In this document: positions 50,813-62,096 of the stretch, piece after piece
How the letters are laid out: each line of letters starts with the position of its first letter
Position numbering within the stretch: the first letter of the stretch is position 1
Origin: Balanoglossus misakiensis
Taxonomy: Eukaryota > Animalia > Hemichordata
Assembly (NCBI GenBank): GCA_040954595.2
Contig: CM082595.2
Coordinates: 3,643,943 to 3,707,942, forward strand
Length of the DNA: 64,000 bases
Reading direction: 5' to 3'
Translations under genes and position numbers: made by a program
Notes under the pieces: generated by a model
What the model was told of the DNA's origin: nothing
Seen by the model: only the letters and a program-made list of their open reading frames with translations
Databases searched by the model: none

Positions 50813-53760
50813 ATAGCATTTATATAGAAATACTTACACGAAGGGTTTATTGTGTGTAAACTCCACGATCAGCATACTGTGATACATGTAGTACAAGTAA
50901 GAGGCGTATTTGATCCACTGTAGCCACGAAGGAAAGTATTTGATGAAAAATCCGGCGGCTACGAGGCAGTACATGACCAGGATTCCCTCAAAGGTGAGCC
51001 CGGCGTTGAAGTCATCAAAGAGCAGCCCGAAAACCATCCCCACAGACTAAAACAGAAAGAAAGAGAGAGAGCATATCACCATCAGTATCATGCCTTTCAG
51101 TTCCATCGATAGAGGTCCGACCGTACTATAGAAAACAATAGGTTTGGACTGTACCATGGTGGTGCAAGGGTAAGCAGTCCCCACTGAGTGCTCCCGATTC
51201 GTGAAAAAAAGCACACAAGCTGAACGAACTTTGATTTCTAACAACTGCAAGTCTAGGTTAGGTTAGGCAGGTACGGAATGCAGGCTTGTGAGCCTCTATA
51301 TTCAGCTCCACATCAGTCCATCATTGGGGTAGTTTTGTCGGATCTGGTTTGCATGATGTAGGGTTCGGAGTAGTTGTATATCATTGGCTATATTTACCTG
51401 TCCAAATAAAGCTGAGAGAAACAAGAGACACATGGATCCAACAAACGCAGGCGGCCAAGTGTTGAGTCCTGAAGCCCAATACACAAGCGTGTATCCGATT
51501 ATCGGCAGCAAAAGTGTCAGTGGGAATTCGCTGGTTTGTTTGGCGAGGAAGTAGGCAGACAAGCGATAGAGTCCGGACATCCTTTCCTTGTTGATCACCA
51601 CTCTCTCCTGTGGAACTGAAAACAGAAACAAATCATCATAAAAAACTTAAACAGAACAACTGTCATGAGGTAATGATTGTAAATGAAGTATGCAGAGGTT
51701 TGTGACAACATTGCAAGTTTCTTGGTCAAATAAATTTCTTACACCAAGACCATTCCCGAGATATATAACAGTTTGCATCTCCTAGCCTACACTGCACCAT
51801 TTAAGATTATTCAAAGATATTTTGAAGCCAATGTTTACGCACATGGGCCTTTCAACTGCTAACATAACAGATATGCCAACTGTCAACACAGTGTCTATAA
51901 ACACACTTCTCGCCTCCTAATAATATTGATGATCTTTAGTAAAAGTGAATGATTACTTACACACTGTCAGCCCAAGATACATTGGCGTGAAGGACCACAT
52001 AGACAATGCCATGAAAAGCTGTTGGATAAAAAATATGGCAGAAGTTGTAAAAAAATTCTAACAAAGTTTTTGCATTTAAGTTCATGCATATATACAAAGA
52101 CATCTCAATTCTACTATTTATGTTGTACAGCTGAAGATTATGTGAGATGGAATATCGAAAACATAAAAACAAGATGTTCATTTTTATACTCTTGTTCATA
52201 TCAGACTTTCCTCCACTTACATTTCTGCATACAGTAATCAGTGTCTATCAGCAGTTGAACAAAACTGTGCATGAAATCAAAGATTCCAATAATGCCTGTT
52301 GCAGGAAAATGTTCACTGTTAAATACTGCGATATGTTTGGAACCTTCAATATGAATAAGGTATACTTACTACGCCTGCTCTCTCGTCTATCATGTCTTCT
52401 GTGTGCGACATCTGAAACCACAACAGGCACATTATGACAGCTACCAACACCGTTTCACACAACATGACAGGCGAAATCAGCTTGTGTCTGACTTCTTTGA
52501 AACTTCGAACAGTGAGGGTCGTATACTGGTCCGCATAAGTGGTCGGCCACCTGGGGTCCTTGTCTTTATCGCCATGACGATTTACATCTTCGAGGCGCGT
52601 CGTTGAATTGACACTGTAAGCATTGCTGGCACAGTCCTCGGTTTGCAAACTCTGTTGACTGGTTGCCATGGCACTGGCTTGCAACGGCTCCCAGGATGCA
52701 TTTCTGCTGGCGGCCATGATGGTTTCGACTTCCCTCGCCTCACTTCGCGTTTTCTCCACTGTGTTCACAAATCAGAAAAGTATAGTCAAAGTTTAATGAG
52801 TCTAATCATGTCTGGGATAGTTCTGAAGCTTAATTTTCATGTAAGACAAAATCAAAGATGTCAAATTAACATCTTGTATTAAAGTGAAATTGCAAAGATG
52901 AAATAACAAACAAAAATCAATACTTACATATAAAATCGGCTGGGTTGTAATGTTTATCACACGGAAACCCAATTCGTTCAAAATAATCCACAACTTCTGT
53001 AGCTTTACCAAAATATACAGTCTGAAATAACAAGATCACAAAATATTGGCCGTTGAGTTTAAGACACACCAGAATATATATGTCCACAATGTATATTATT
53101 TTAGATACACAGTTAAGACCAGAGTACATTCAGATCTTAACCTAGCAATATTGAATGCAGAAAAAATGTCATGATAGAAATCCGTTCATTTCTCACCTCG
53201 CCTTCATGAAGCAAGAGTAGATGATCGAACATGTAGAAGATCTGACTGGAAGGTTGATGAACCGACAAGATGATGGTTTTCTGCATCGACTTGGCAAAGT
53301 TTTTCAGTGTAGTCATCAGATTGTAGGCTGCGAATGAGTCAAGTCCTGACGTAGGCTCCTGTCGTTAAAAAAGATTATGTTAAATTTCAGTAATACACGT
53401 ACAGGGATCTTATGCTCAGAGTTATTGAAAACTCACAAAATGAATCAAAATTTGAATAATTTTTTTAATATATCACAATGTGCTTATTTGCATAGCTTTC
53501 CAATGGCACAACAACACTAGCAGGGAAGAATAGTAAACTGTCCAACTCACATCAAGAATCAATATTGCGGGATCTGTCATCAATTCACATCCAATGTTTG
53601 CCCGTTTCTTCTCACCTCCAGAAAGACCTTTCGCGAGAAAGTTTCCAATTTCTGAAAATGCAGATAATTTACAGATATGGTAATTTGTGCTCTACTTGAT
53701 GATAGTGACGATTCTACATAATTTACCCTTTCTCCTCGTCCTCCTCCTCCATCATCATCG

Positions 53761-53791
<31 letters not shown>

Positions 53792-53830
53792 AATCATCAT
53801 GATCTTCAACATCATCATCATCACCATCAC

Positions 53831-53868
<38 letters not shown>

Positions 53869-53900
53869 CCACCACCACCACCATCATCATCACCACCACT

Positions 53901-53931
<31 letters not shown>

Positions 53932-53948
53932 CCACCACCACCACCACT

Positions 53949-53982
<34 letters not shown>

Positions 53983-55130
53983 CCACCACCACTATCATCA
54001 TCATCATCATCATCATCATCAGAGAGTGTTTTATAATCAATAGCTACTTACTTGTGTCAAGACATCCTCTGATATCCAGAAGATCAACAATCTCGTCAAC
54101 TTTGGCCATTTTGATTGAATATGGTGCTGCACTTGGTAACCGTAACCTTGCTGTGTACTGATGAAAAAAGGACATTGTTTATGCAAAAGTTATTTAATTT
54201 ACTTTCGTCTGGTGCAATTATCAATATTGCTCATATTCGCTGAAAGTTTCTCTTTCTTTATCATGTTAGAGATGTAGTTTGACAACTGTTACTGGGGTAG
54301 ATTTGAACTGTGCTTTCATCAAACTGGCCGGTACAAATCTTATTTTGATAGTTTTATGGTTGGCCTTGGAACTTGGTTAGAAAACACTAAACAGGTCACT
54401 GATTTTTTTCCCCACGTAATCTCTTATCATATTTGAACACAAATATTAAATATTAAAATTTAATAAAAATAAACATACCACTAATTGTTCTCTGAGTGTC
54501 AAGTTTTCGAAGAAAATATCTTCCTGTAGAACATAGCACACTTTTCTTCTGAGTTTCTTGTTCAGTGGACTTCCGTTGATGAGAACGTCACCATCCTCAA
54601 TCTGTGTACGTCTTCCAGCCAGGACATTTAAGAGTGTTGTTTTGCCAGATCCTGGTGGAATTCAAAAGATGTATTGTGTCACATCTTGGGTGGATATCAG
54701 AACTAGTATTTGCGCTCTCAAAAATATGGGTGGTTTGTGTGGAAGAAGTCTGAAACTTGTGGTTAAGTAAGTTCGATTTATGGCGGCCCAAATTCATTTT
54801 ACGGGGTGCATATTTCTTATTGTTACACAACACACCAGAAGACCAAAAACACAGAGAAGTACACATGCGTTGATCAATGGATGAGACTGAAAACCAGCCC
54901 TCAACCTCTCAGGGACAATTATGCAAATGAGCAGAACACACGCAACCTCTTGGGTCTAGCTATTACTCACCACTAGGTCCCATCAGCGCCAACACCTCTC
55001 CCGGTTTGGCTATCCCGCTCACTTTCTGTAGAATGTCTTTCTCTTTGATCTTGACAGTGACATTGGTGAAGTGCACCTCCATGCCCGCGCGCACTTTGAA
55101 GTTACTGCTCAGGGTGATTTCCTCCGTCAT
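50270..55130 (-). CDS. ABCG-family half-transporter, copy B
   Basis: Exons (plus-strand coordinates) 54971-55130, 54479-54651, 54052-54157, 53551-53651, 53197-53358, 52928-53021, 52370-52758, 51961-52018, 51398-51615, 50838-51046, 50270-50471. Most exon lengths (173, 106, 101, 162, 94, 58, 209, 202) equal those of copy A; all ABC motifs intact. Confidence 0.95.
50612..50815. repeat. two-copy intronic duplication, each ending in an (AAAT)n microsatellite
   Basis: actgatagctttttgaatttgcaagaagtagagtaaag..taaacctgcatt followed by (aaat)n, twice. Confidence 0.85.
51092..51173. mobile_element. ~90 bp piggyBac-like MITE, degenerate copy
   Basis: gaggtccgac...tagaaaacaataggtttggac...ccatggtggtgcaagggtaa. 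Confidence 0.6.
53751..54020. repeat. compound (CAT/CAC)n microsatellite in ABCG-B intron 3
   Basis: ~270 bp of cat/cac triplets. Confidence 0.95.
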
Positions 55131-56046
55131 GATTGGTTGTCTTTGAGATTGCTTCAACAGGTGTTCAATGAGTCAGAAAATAATTCTGGATGAGAAAAAA
55201 TCACGAGAGAAAATTACCGGATGAATGAATCCTGAAAACAGGTTTTCAGGGTCAAAATTTGTGAGTATCAATGTTCCATCTAGACGGGGAGATGGGGGGG
55301 GGGGGGGATTCACCCCTATTGGCATGTTGGCACCCTCTAACAATTTGTCGGGGGGGGGGGGGGGGCAGTGCCGCTTAAAATGATGTCACTCACTGTGTTG
55401 AAGATATTACAGTCCGCCCTTGCCAGAGTGGAATCCCCCTCAAATATTCTGGCAAAGGGGGACATATCCCCCCTGCTTATACCATCCTGAAGGCTGAATG
55501 AAACACTGTTTGTTATGCTACACTGTATTATCACATGAACTGGCCCTGATCACCACTTGTGTGACGTAGACCAGGACAGATCAAAAATCCTGATCACCCC
55601 TGTGTTACGTCATCAACCGGAACTATTTCCACCGATTCGCCGTAGCTTTGTTGTCAAACAGAAACAGTACGTGTAGCGCGCGGCATTTACAATACAGAAA
55701 TGAAATAAAAAAATTACGGTTCCATGACAATAACGCTTTGTAAGCTCAAAACAGAAAGGTGGAATTTGGAAAGAAGACAGTCGACGCAACGATCATGGAC
55801 GATCGTGGCTGTCAAAGTTTTGGGTCAGGTGTACATAGCCTAGGCTAGGCGCAAGTCCGGTACGTTCCGAGTCGAATCAGTGTGGGGAATTGTTTCGAGC
55901 CAGTTCAGCGTGACGACTGAACCTCTCTATTGCACCGGTCAACGAAATGTATAAGACGTGGCAACAGGTTGCAGTAAAATTGTTAGAGAATCGATTACAT
56001 TTGTGTAAGGCCGAACTTCGAGCGAACGGAACTCAACGGGACGACT

Positions 56047-56140
56047 TGTTGGGAGATTTTATGAATGATCAGCGATAGTTCACCATTTGCGTATATGCAA
56101 ATGATGAACTATCGCTGATCAATCATGAAATCTCCCAACA
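56047..56140. repeat. palindromic hairpin element
   Basis: tgttgggagattt...gatcagcgatagttca...tgaactatcgctgatc...aaatctcccaaca. Confidence 0.85.
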
Positions 56141-56268
56141 TATATCTCCTGGGGGACATAATCCCGCTCAGTAAAATACGACACCGCTCCAAAATTGTTG
56201 CAAGGTACTGAATTGTTTTAGTCCTGCCTCTTCTAACGAAAAATAAGAAGACTGTTCATGTGATAAAT

Positions 56269-56427
56269 ATATAATCCCATGATATCTTTCTTTGTTTAAC
56301 GTCATCGTATACTCGTGGTTTTCGCGGAAGCGTACAACTTCTCGCCTGCGGCTCGAAGTTGCACTGCTCCGCGAAAACCACTCGTATACGATGACGTCAA
56401 ACAAAGAAAGATATCATGGGATTATAT
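56269..56427. repeat. palindromic hairpin element (foldback/MITE-like)
   Basis: atataatcccatgatatctttctttgttt...aaacaaagaaagatatcatgggattatat, arms ~70 nt. Confidence 0.85.
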
Positions 56428-56980
56428 GTAAGTATAGTACACGCCCACCCACCAATTTTTCTTGAAAATCATCAAACCATATCGGGTGATATGAGATTCT
56501 AGACGGCAGAAAACCTCGACTTCACCACCCAAACGGCCAAAGAGTGATTTTACGTGTTGTGGGTATAGCACAGACACTTCGATCATGGAGGTACCATGTT
56601 TCAATGAAATTTACATATATAATAATATACACACGTGCGGGCGTCCATATTGCATGGACGTACGTACCGTACCACGATCTTACGCATCATGATTTTGGGG
56701 TCTGTGTTCACTTACCTCACACCACTGACAGCCGACGAGAGTTGCTACGTCTTCGTCCTTTCTTATATCGACACAAAATTGCGTAATACCCATGCAAATA
56801 CCCCCAAAAACCGATAGTTTCTTAGTGATTTCGCAACGGGTTGAAACAACATGGACGTCCTCCATGACCTTTGACACGAGCGTTTAACATCTTCTTCCTG
56901 TCGTGACAGAGGGCGCTTCAACGGGGCGTGGCCCATCCCTAGCACAGGCGTTGCCACACAGTACGGACACCATAGCTGCA

Positions 56981-57069
56981 GTTCAGTAGCTCTAGGCTTT
57001 ACCTTGTTTGTGTGTCAGACGGCAAAGCAGTCTAACACACAAACTAGGCAAAACATAGAGCTACTGAAC
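56981..57069. repeat. short hairpin/MITE-like element
   Basis: gttcagtagctcta...tagagctactgaac with an inner tttgtgtgt/acacacaaa pair. Confidence 0.75.
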
Positions 57070-57538
57070 GACACCTAGGGACAACAGCGCCTGCACAGTG
57101 CAACAACGTTGGGGCTGGCTGGCCTGGATTCCAACAAGACTGTCACCAGTCGTTCACGCCTTCTTTGCACTTTTTTTTTATTCTTGCACTGTCTCTTACC
57201 TTCTACGTCTACTTTCGTTGCAAAAGATCATTTTCACGGCCCCGACATGATCTTACATCATGGTACTTCCGTTGGTATAAAGAATCCATCAGGTTGACTC
57301 CCGGAGTTGGCTATAAAAGTCCAAGAAAGGCCACTTTCGGTTGAGCAAAAAAAAAAAACGCATGCAAGATTTAAGCATCAACGCTTTTTTATAAGATTTC
57401 AAATTGACTAGATATACTGAACTATAATGTATGTTTTAATATACATGTATGAATTAACGAAGGGTTATATTGGTGCATGTATAATTGCAATTGTCTATTG
57501 GATAAGCAAGTCATAGCACGTTTGACAAGAAACTGAAT

Positions 57539-60500
57539 TTATCTTCGAGAGGGATCTCTATCTGAAAGTTTAATCTTCATTTCGCTCCCGGTGATTGGTG
57601 GAGCTGCCCAATTCTCCCAGTGCAAACCGCCGTGTATCTCGTATTTCACGTTTAACACAACGTAGTGACATGAACTGAACCACCAGCCACCAGGATACAG
57701 GTTGGCACAGTTGTCGTCATTGTCCTCGTCATTGTCCTCGTACTTTGTGGTGAATTTCATGTGGCGATGTTTGCTGAGTTGGTCGGGGAGGTCACCTTCC
57801 CGTTTGTGCCCGAGTCTCAGCCTGTACTTGTCGTTCTCGTGCGCTACGGAGAAGTAGTCATAGACGATGTAGGCCGTGTTGCCCTCGGCGTTGGTCAGAT
57901 CTATTCTCAACTCATGGTGGCGGTGTCCGGTCAGCCTGTTCAGCTTGTCGTTGCCCAGCCAAAACTCGGCGTCCAGGTCACCAAAACCGCTTTTGTACTC
58001 GCCCCAGTCTCTGTCGAAATCCACCGACATGTCGAACCGTCTCTGGACAACTGTGTAGGCGTTGCCCCCGATGTCCATCTCACAGAAAACGGCAAATGAT
58101 CCTCGATCTAAACCAGGAAAAGTTTAAGTCTGAACTTTTTCTATACCCGTCCGGTAAATGTCACAAACCCTCCCGTGACTATATCACATCAGTTATTCGT
58201 TATGTGTATTTGACAAGCAAGTCGACATACGAACCAATGATCGCATCTTTCCAGTGTGGCATGAATTACGAGAAAGCTAAGTTTTAATTTGCTGCATTAT
58301 GGCACTTGTGTCGTAAGTGGACCGCGTTGATAAGCAAGGGTGCGCATATGAGCCAATTTTGTTTGTTTCAAAGTTAATTCCTTTCTATAATCGATTTTAT
58401 GGCTGTTATATAGTCCGTCCGTATGTCTGTCTGATTGCCTGGCTGTCTGTTTGGTTTGTCTCTACGTCTTGTGTGACGAAGGGACTAGAACTGAACAAAA
58501 CTCGGACTCACCATCGGGATCGATGTAATACACGCCGCTTTGGTGGTGACCTTGCCTTTGAATATCTTCACAGCCACGTGGTACTGTTCGTCGGCGATAG
58601 GACAGAAATTATACGTCATTAGTGCATATATAGACCAACAACCCTAAGAGGCACGAGAATCTCTTCTCTCAAGAAGTTCTTCGACAAAAAAGGCCAGTAC
58701 AAACCTCGAGTAGTCTTGCAAATGAATCGTTGAGGGCGTTCGCAGTCAGCATCATTCCAGTGGCCATAACTGTCCATGATTTCCACACAGTCTTGCTTAC
58801 CTTCGAAGTTGTTCGGTTGCTCTGTGAAAAGAACCACCAAAACCTACCCATTTAGAACAAGCTTACCCTTCAAAGGTCAAGAGTCTTATGATAACTTTAA
58901 CTTGTGCGAACGACGTCAACTCTGTTACTAGTATTTTCTACAAATGTTATCAAACCAGCAGATGACTGGATACATTATTGGCTTTCCGTGCTCTTACCAC
59001 TGTAATCCATGCAGAAACAAACTGGTCAGGTCGAAAAAAGTTAATTTTGTTGTTTGCATGCGAAACATAGAAATCAGCGCACACAGTTCTATAGGAATCG
59101 TTACTTTCATATATATATTTTTCAGATTGTACTGAACTTACCACAAATCTCCTGAAGCAGAGCAATGTCATGGCTTTCTTCGGACGCAACATTGTTGGTG
59201 TACCATGAGTAGACGTTTCCAGATCCGGAGCAGTCTGCCATATTGGAACGGATCGCCTCAGCGTCAATGACGAGGTCCCACAGGTTGAACTGGGAGAGCT
59301 CCCCGACGAACGCCTGCTTCTGGTCGAACGTTCCCCCGACGGAGTCTTGCTCCTGTCCGAGGATGAGGATCCCGCCTCCGCGGACGAACTGGCCGCTCTG
59401 CAGTCCGGTACCCTTGTCGGCTCGCTCGCCATCCTTCCACAGACTCCAGTCGCCCGTGTCCGAACTCCACGTGCAGCAGATGTGATGCCACCTGCCGTCG
59501 TTGGCGCTGACGTTCCCCGTCCTCCCATCGTCCCGTACATACAGGTGCAACTTGCTGTAGTCATACACCAGTAACTCGTTCGCGCTGCCCGTGTAGGCGG
59601 CGTACGAGACAGGGGTACCACTGTTCGAGTCCTCGCTCTTCATCCAGAAACACACCGTGAATGCATACATGTCCGGTATCGGCTCCAACACCGTCACATT
59701 GGAAGTCTTCGTCAGAATATACTTAAAATCTGAAGAACCTTATTTTCAAGACAAAAAGTAAAAGATCGCCATCACATAAACAAGAAACATCATCTAATGA
59801 TTTAAAAGTGTTTGGCAACGGGCTATTGCTAGGCGATTTTTCTTCTACCAACTAAACACGTCTGGACCCTACATAATTGGCCAACTGTACACGTCTAGTT
59901 AGGTCCTATATTATTGGCCATCTCGCTTCAAGTAATGCTAATAAATAAATTACATAAATATTTCACCCTTGGCAAACAGTGTGCTATGAAAGCTGTTAAA
60001 AATAAATTGTAGTGTACCATGTTCAGTTTACAGAACAGCCTGGTGTTATAATCTAATGTGTCTCTGCATACATTCTGTTTTTGCGCTTTGCATTTTGTAC
60101 AATATTTATCTCATAAATTCAAATGAAAAATAAACTTTAACGAGTGTTACCCTTCTTCCAGAAATTTGCTGACGCCAGAGTTGAATCGGACCATACGAAC
60201 CTCCCCTCTCTGCTGATGTCGTTCAGACCTGTCCACAAGTGAGTGCCGCCATCTTCGTCAGGAATCACGTTCGCCATTTTGTCTCTGAGAAACCCGATTT
60301 CCGTATCATCGGTGATGCTGTTGAAACAAGAGCAGAAAGTGGACATTCTCGGAAGGCAGTCAAAGGGACTGGTTACATTTCTTCGGCCTGGGGACGATGG
60401 ATTCATCGGGGAGGTAACCCCACGTCGAAGAAACTGACCAGTCCCTTAGTGGGGGTGACCCCTGTCTGGTCTGGTCGACAATTTAGGACATACAGAACTG

Positions 60501-61326
60501 GAACGTAGTCTTCAATCATTGAAAAATGTTTGGTCACGAGTTGACCCTTGCCGACACCAAATTGCAATGCGAGATGGACTGACGACTGTGGGGCAACTGT
60601 CTGAACTCACCTCACTAAATCAGCGTTTGCCTCGAGTTGACACCAGTCACGTGCTGCTCGCCAAGACTTCTTCTCCTTGCTGAAGTAGTAGCAGTGCTGT
60701 TCGTCACCATGCCAACCTCGACGGCAACCTAGACACAACAGAAATCCGTTTAATATCTTCACCATCTATGAGTATCGTAGCCTGCTTTAAAACTGTGTCC
60801 CGTTTAATTTTAATTGAAACTTCTTGTACATGTGTTACTGGGATCACGGAGGCATTTTAAGCAATCTGTGAAAAGACATGTGAATCAAACTGTTCATAGG
60901 GCGTCGAATTACCATGATGCCAATTCTGGGGCCTCGAAATGCAAATTGTGAGATCGTGACAAAGAGTTGTGAGGTACATGTATCGGTAATGCATCGGCGC
61001 AACACTGCAGATTACATGATTAGGAAGTCTTAGCTACCACATCAAGAAAGCATAGAGAAAGCATACATTTCTATAGTCGTACCTTTGATGGCCTCGAAAT
61101 TGTCTGTTTTCAGCTCAATCTTTTCGAGTATCTTCTCCAGTTTGGCTTCGAATCTCTGCAGCGTGCTCTTGCAGTAGACGTTGTCCAGACTGGGTGTGTG
61201 CTCCAACAGACACGTCGCGTCCTCACCGGGCTCCCCGTCCTGGTGTCTCGTCGTCGTCAACGACCGACGACCAGCCTCAACACAAACGACGGCACAAAGC
61301 AGCCAAGACAAGAAAACGGTGTTCAT
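57539..61326 (-). CDS. secreted mosaic lectin: signal peptide, C-type lectin domain interrupted by a pentraxin domain, fibrinogen C-terminal domain
   Basis: Exons 61083-61326 (signal peptide), 60611-60728 (CRRGW...CYYFS...W..ARDWC), 60151-60317 (LWTGLND...FVWSD...FWKK), 59142-59729 (pentraxin: FTVCFW, WHHICCTW, LILGQEQD), 58705-58821 (QPNN...DCV...WNDADC..FICK), 58512-58583 (CEDI...SGVYYIDP), 57539-58107 (VFCEMD..GG..YTVVQRR..FWLGND..GGWWF). Confidence 0.9.
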
Positions 61327-62096
61327 GCTTGCGATTTTGGAGACGGGCCTGGCAGTTGCGTGCTCTGGAGTGACGTCGTGAGTCTTGCAGTGAATAAATA
61401 TTTTGATGACCCCATGCGCTTCGGGAACAGATTTTCAGTAAAATGATAGTGCTTCAAAACTTCAAACTCTGTTATCTTGAAACTGAACTCCATCGTACAG
61501 GAGACAGAGACTGGTAAATGTCGATGTCGTCTCCTCTTTGACAGTGATTTAAAACATACCCATACTGTCTCAATATATTCCTTTTGACCACAGACAAAGA
61601 AAAGTCTCTGTGCTATAACGTTTCCTACCAAATGTATGAATCTTCTGTATTTTTCTGTATACTGTAGTCATGATTGTCAACATGTTTGGCTTGGTCTAAA
61701 TCTGGTCTAAATCAGGTCAACACGGTACAGTACCTGTAACCTCAAACATCGACCTCGATACACTGAGATAAGCTCGTTCCCCATGTGACCAGGACGCCAA
61801 CAGAGAGACTACAGGTCTCTCGAGTTTGAATGTACTCTAGTTGACATCAATTCCAGACGACAAAAGTCAAAGGGCATTTTTCCTGCTCGTGCTATAACAT
61901 AGGCATTTTGTTGACATGTTTTGAACGGTGTGTTGTTCTGTCTGGTACCACTGGTCATCATTCGAATAAAGGGGTTTGTTGTGCGGCTTGATGGGATCTG
62001 GGTCGGACCTGTCTTACTAATAATTAACATGTGATCAGCAGCCAACGTGCGTCACATGCGTCTGTCACAACGCCTCCTGCGTGCGTACATGCAAAC

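Noticed and set aside
53687-54161. poly-His, poly-Met and poly-Ile ORFs
   Set aside because: Artefacts of an intronic (CAT)n microsatellite.
58950-59621. 223-aa alternative-frame ORF overlapping the pentraxin exon
   Set aside because: Expected in GC-rich coding DNA; no recognisable domain or compatible splice context.
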